DNA of 63,823 nt, filler included, from Octopus bimaculoides (lineage: Eukaryota): the NCBI RefSeq assembly GCF_001194135.2. It is 9 parts of 8 records of this genome, joined end to end, with 100 filler letters (N's around TTAATTAATTAA, not from the genome) between each part and the next. Parts side by side here need not be neighbours in the genome. Positions count along the whole stretch, not along the records: positions 62,772 to 63,823 come from NC_068992.1; 8 more parts are not named here. One strand, 5' to 3'. The first letter of the stretch is position 1, and every line of letters begins with the position of its first letter. The position numbers and the translations under genes are program-made. This document shows, piece after piece, positions 63,787 through 63,823 of this stretch. The notes below the pieces were generated by a model, which made no database searches, had not been told where the DNA came from, and was given only the letters and a program-made list of their open reading frames with translations.

Positions 63787-63823
<37 letters not shown>

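Overview
This is repeat-dense eukaryotic DNA, most likely an octopus short-read assembly. That is an inference from the extreme (AT)n/(GT)n/(GA)n/(TAA)n load, several high-copy tRNA-like SINE families, and gaps bounded by microsatellites. It is not one continuous locus: eight identical 100-nt spacers (44 N + TTAATTAATTAA + 44 N) split it into nine independent pieces (1-19003, 19104-26930, 27031-51094, 51195-53408, 53509-56551, 56652-58332, 58433-61267, 61368-62671, 62772-63823). The only recognisable host coding sequence is one terminal exon (50653-50784, minus strand) encoding the C-terminal half of an l(3)mbt/L3MBTL-type SAM domain. The other long ORFs are microsatellite or N-gap artefacts, or decayed transposons: Penelope-like elements (PLEs), R4/Dong-like and HERO-like LINEs with restriction-like endonucleases (RLE), a Tx1/L1-like LINE, CR1-like LINEs, Tc1, Tigger/pogo, hAT, piggyBac-like MITEs and a Helitron. 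The most interesting signals are: four hammerhead-ribozyme-like motifs of the minimal PLE type; an 80-bp-arm palindrome capped by two small hairpins; a SINE/CR1-like LINE shared 3' stem-loop with a compensatory change; an R4/Dong-like copy embedded in (TATG)n; and several structured tandem repeats. All alignments and folds were done by eye, with no database searches.
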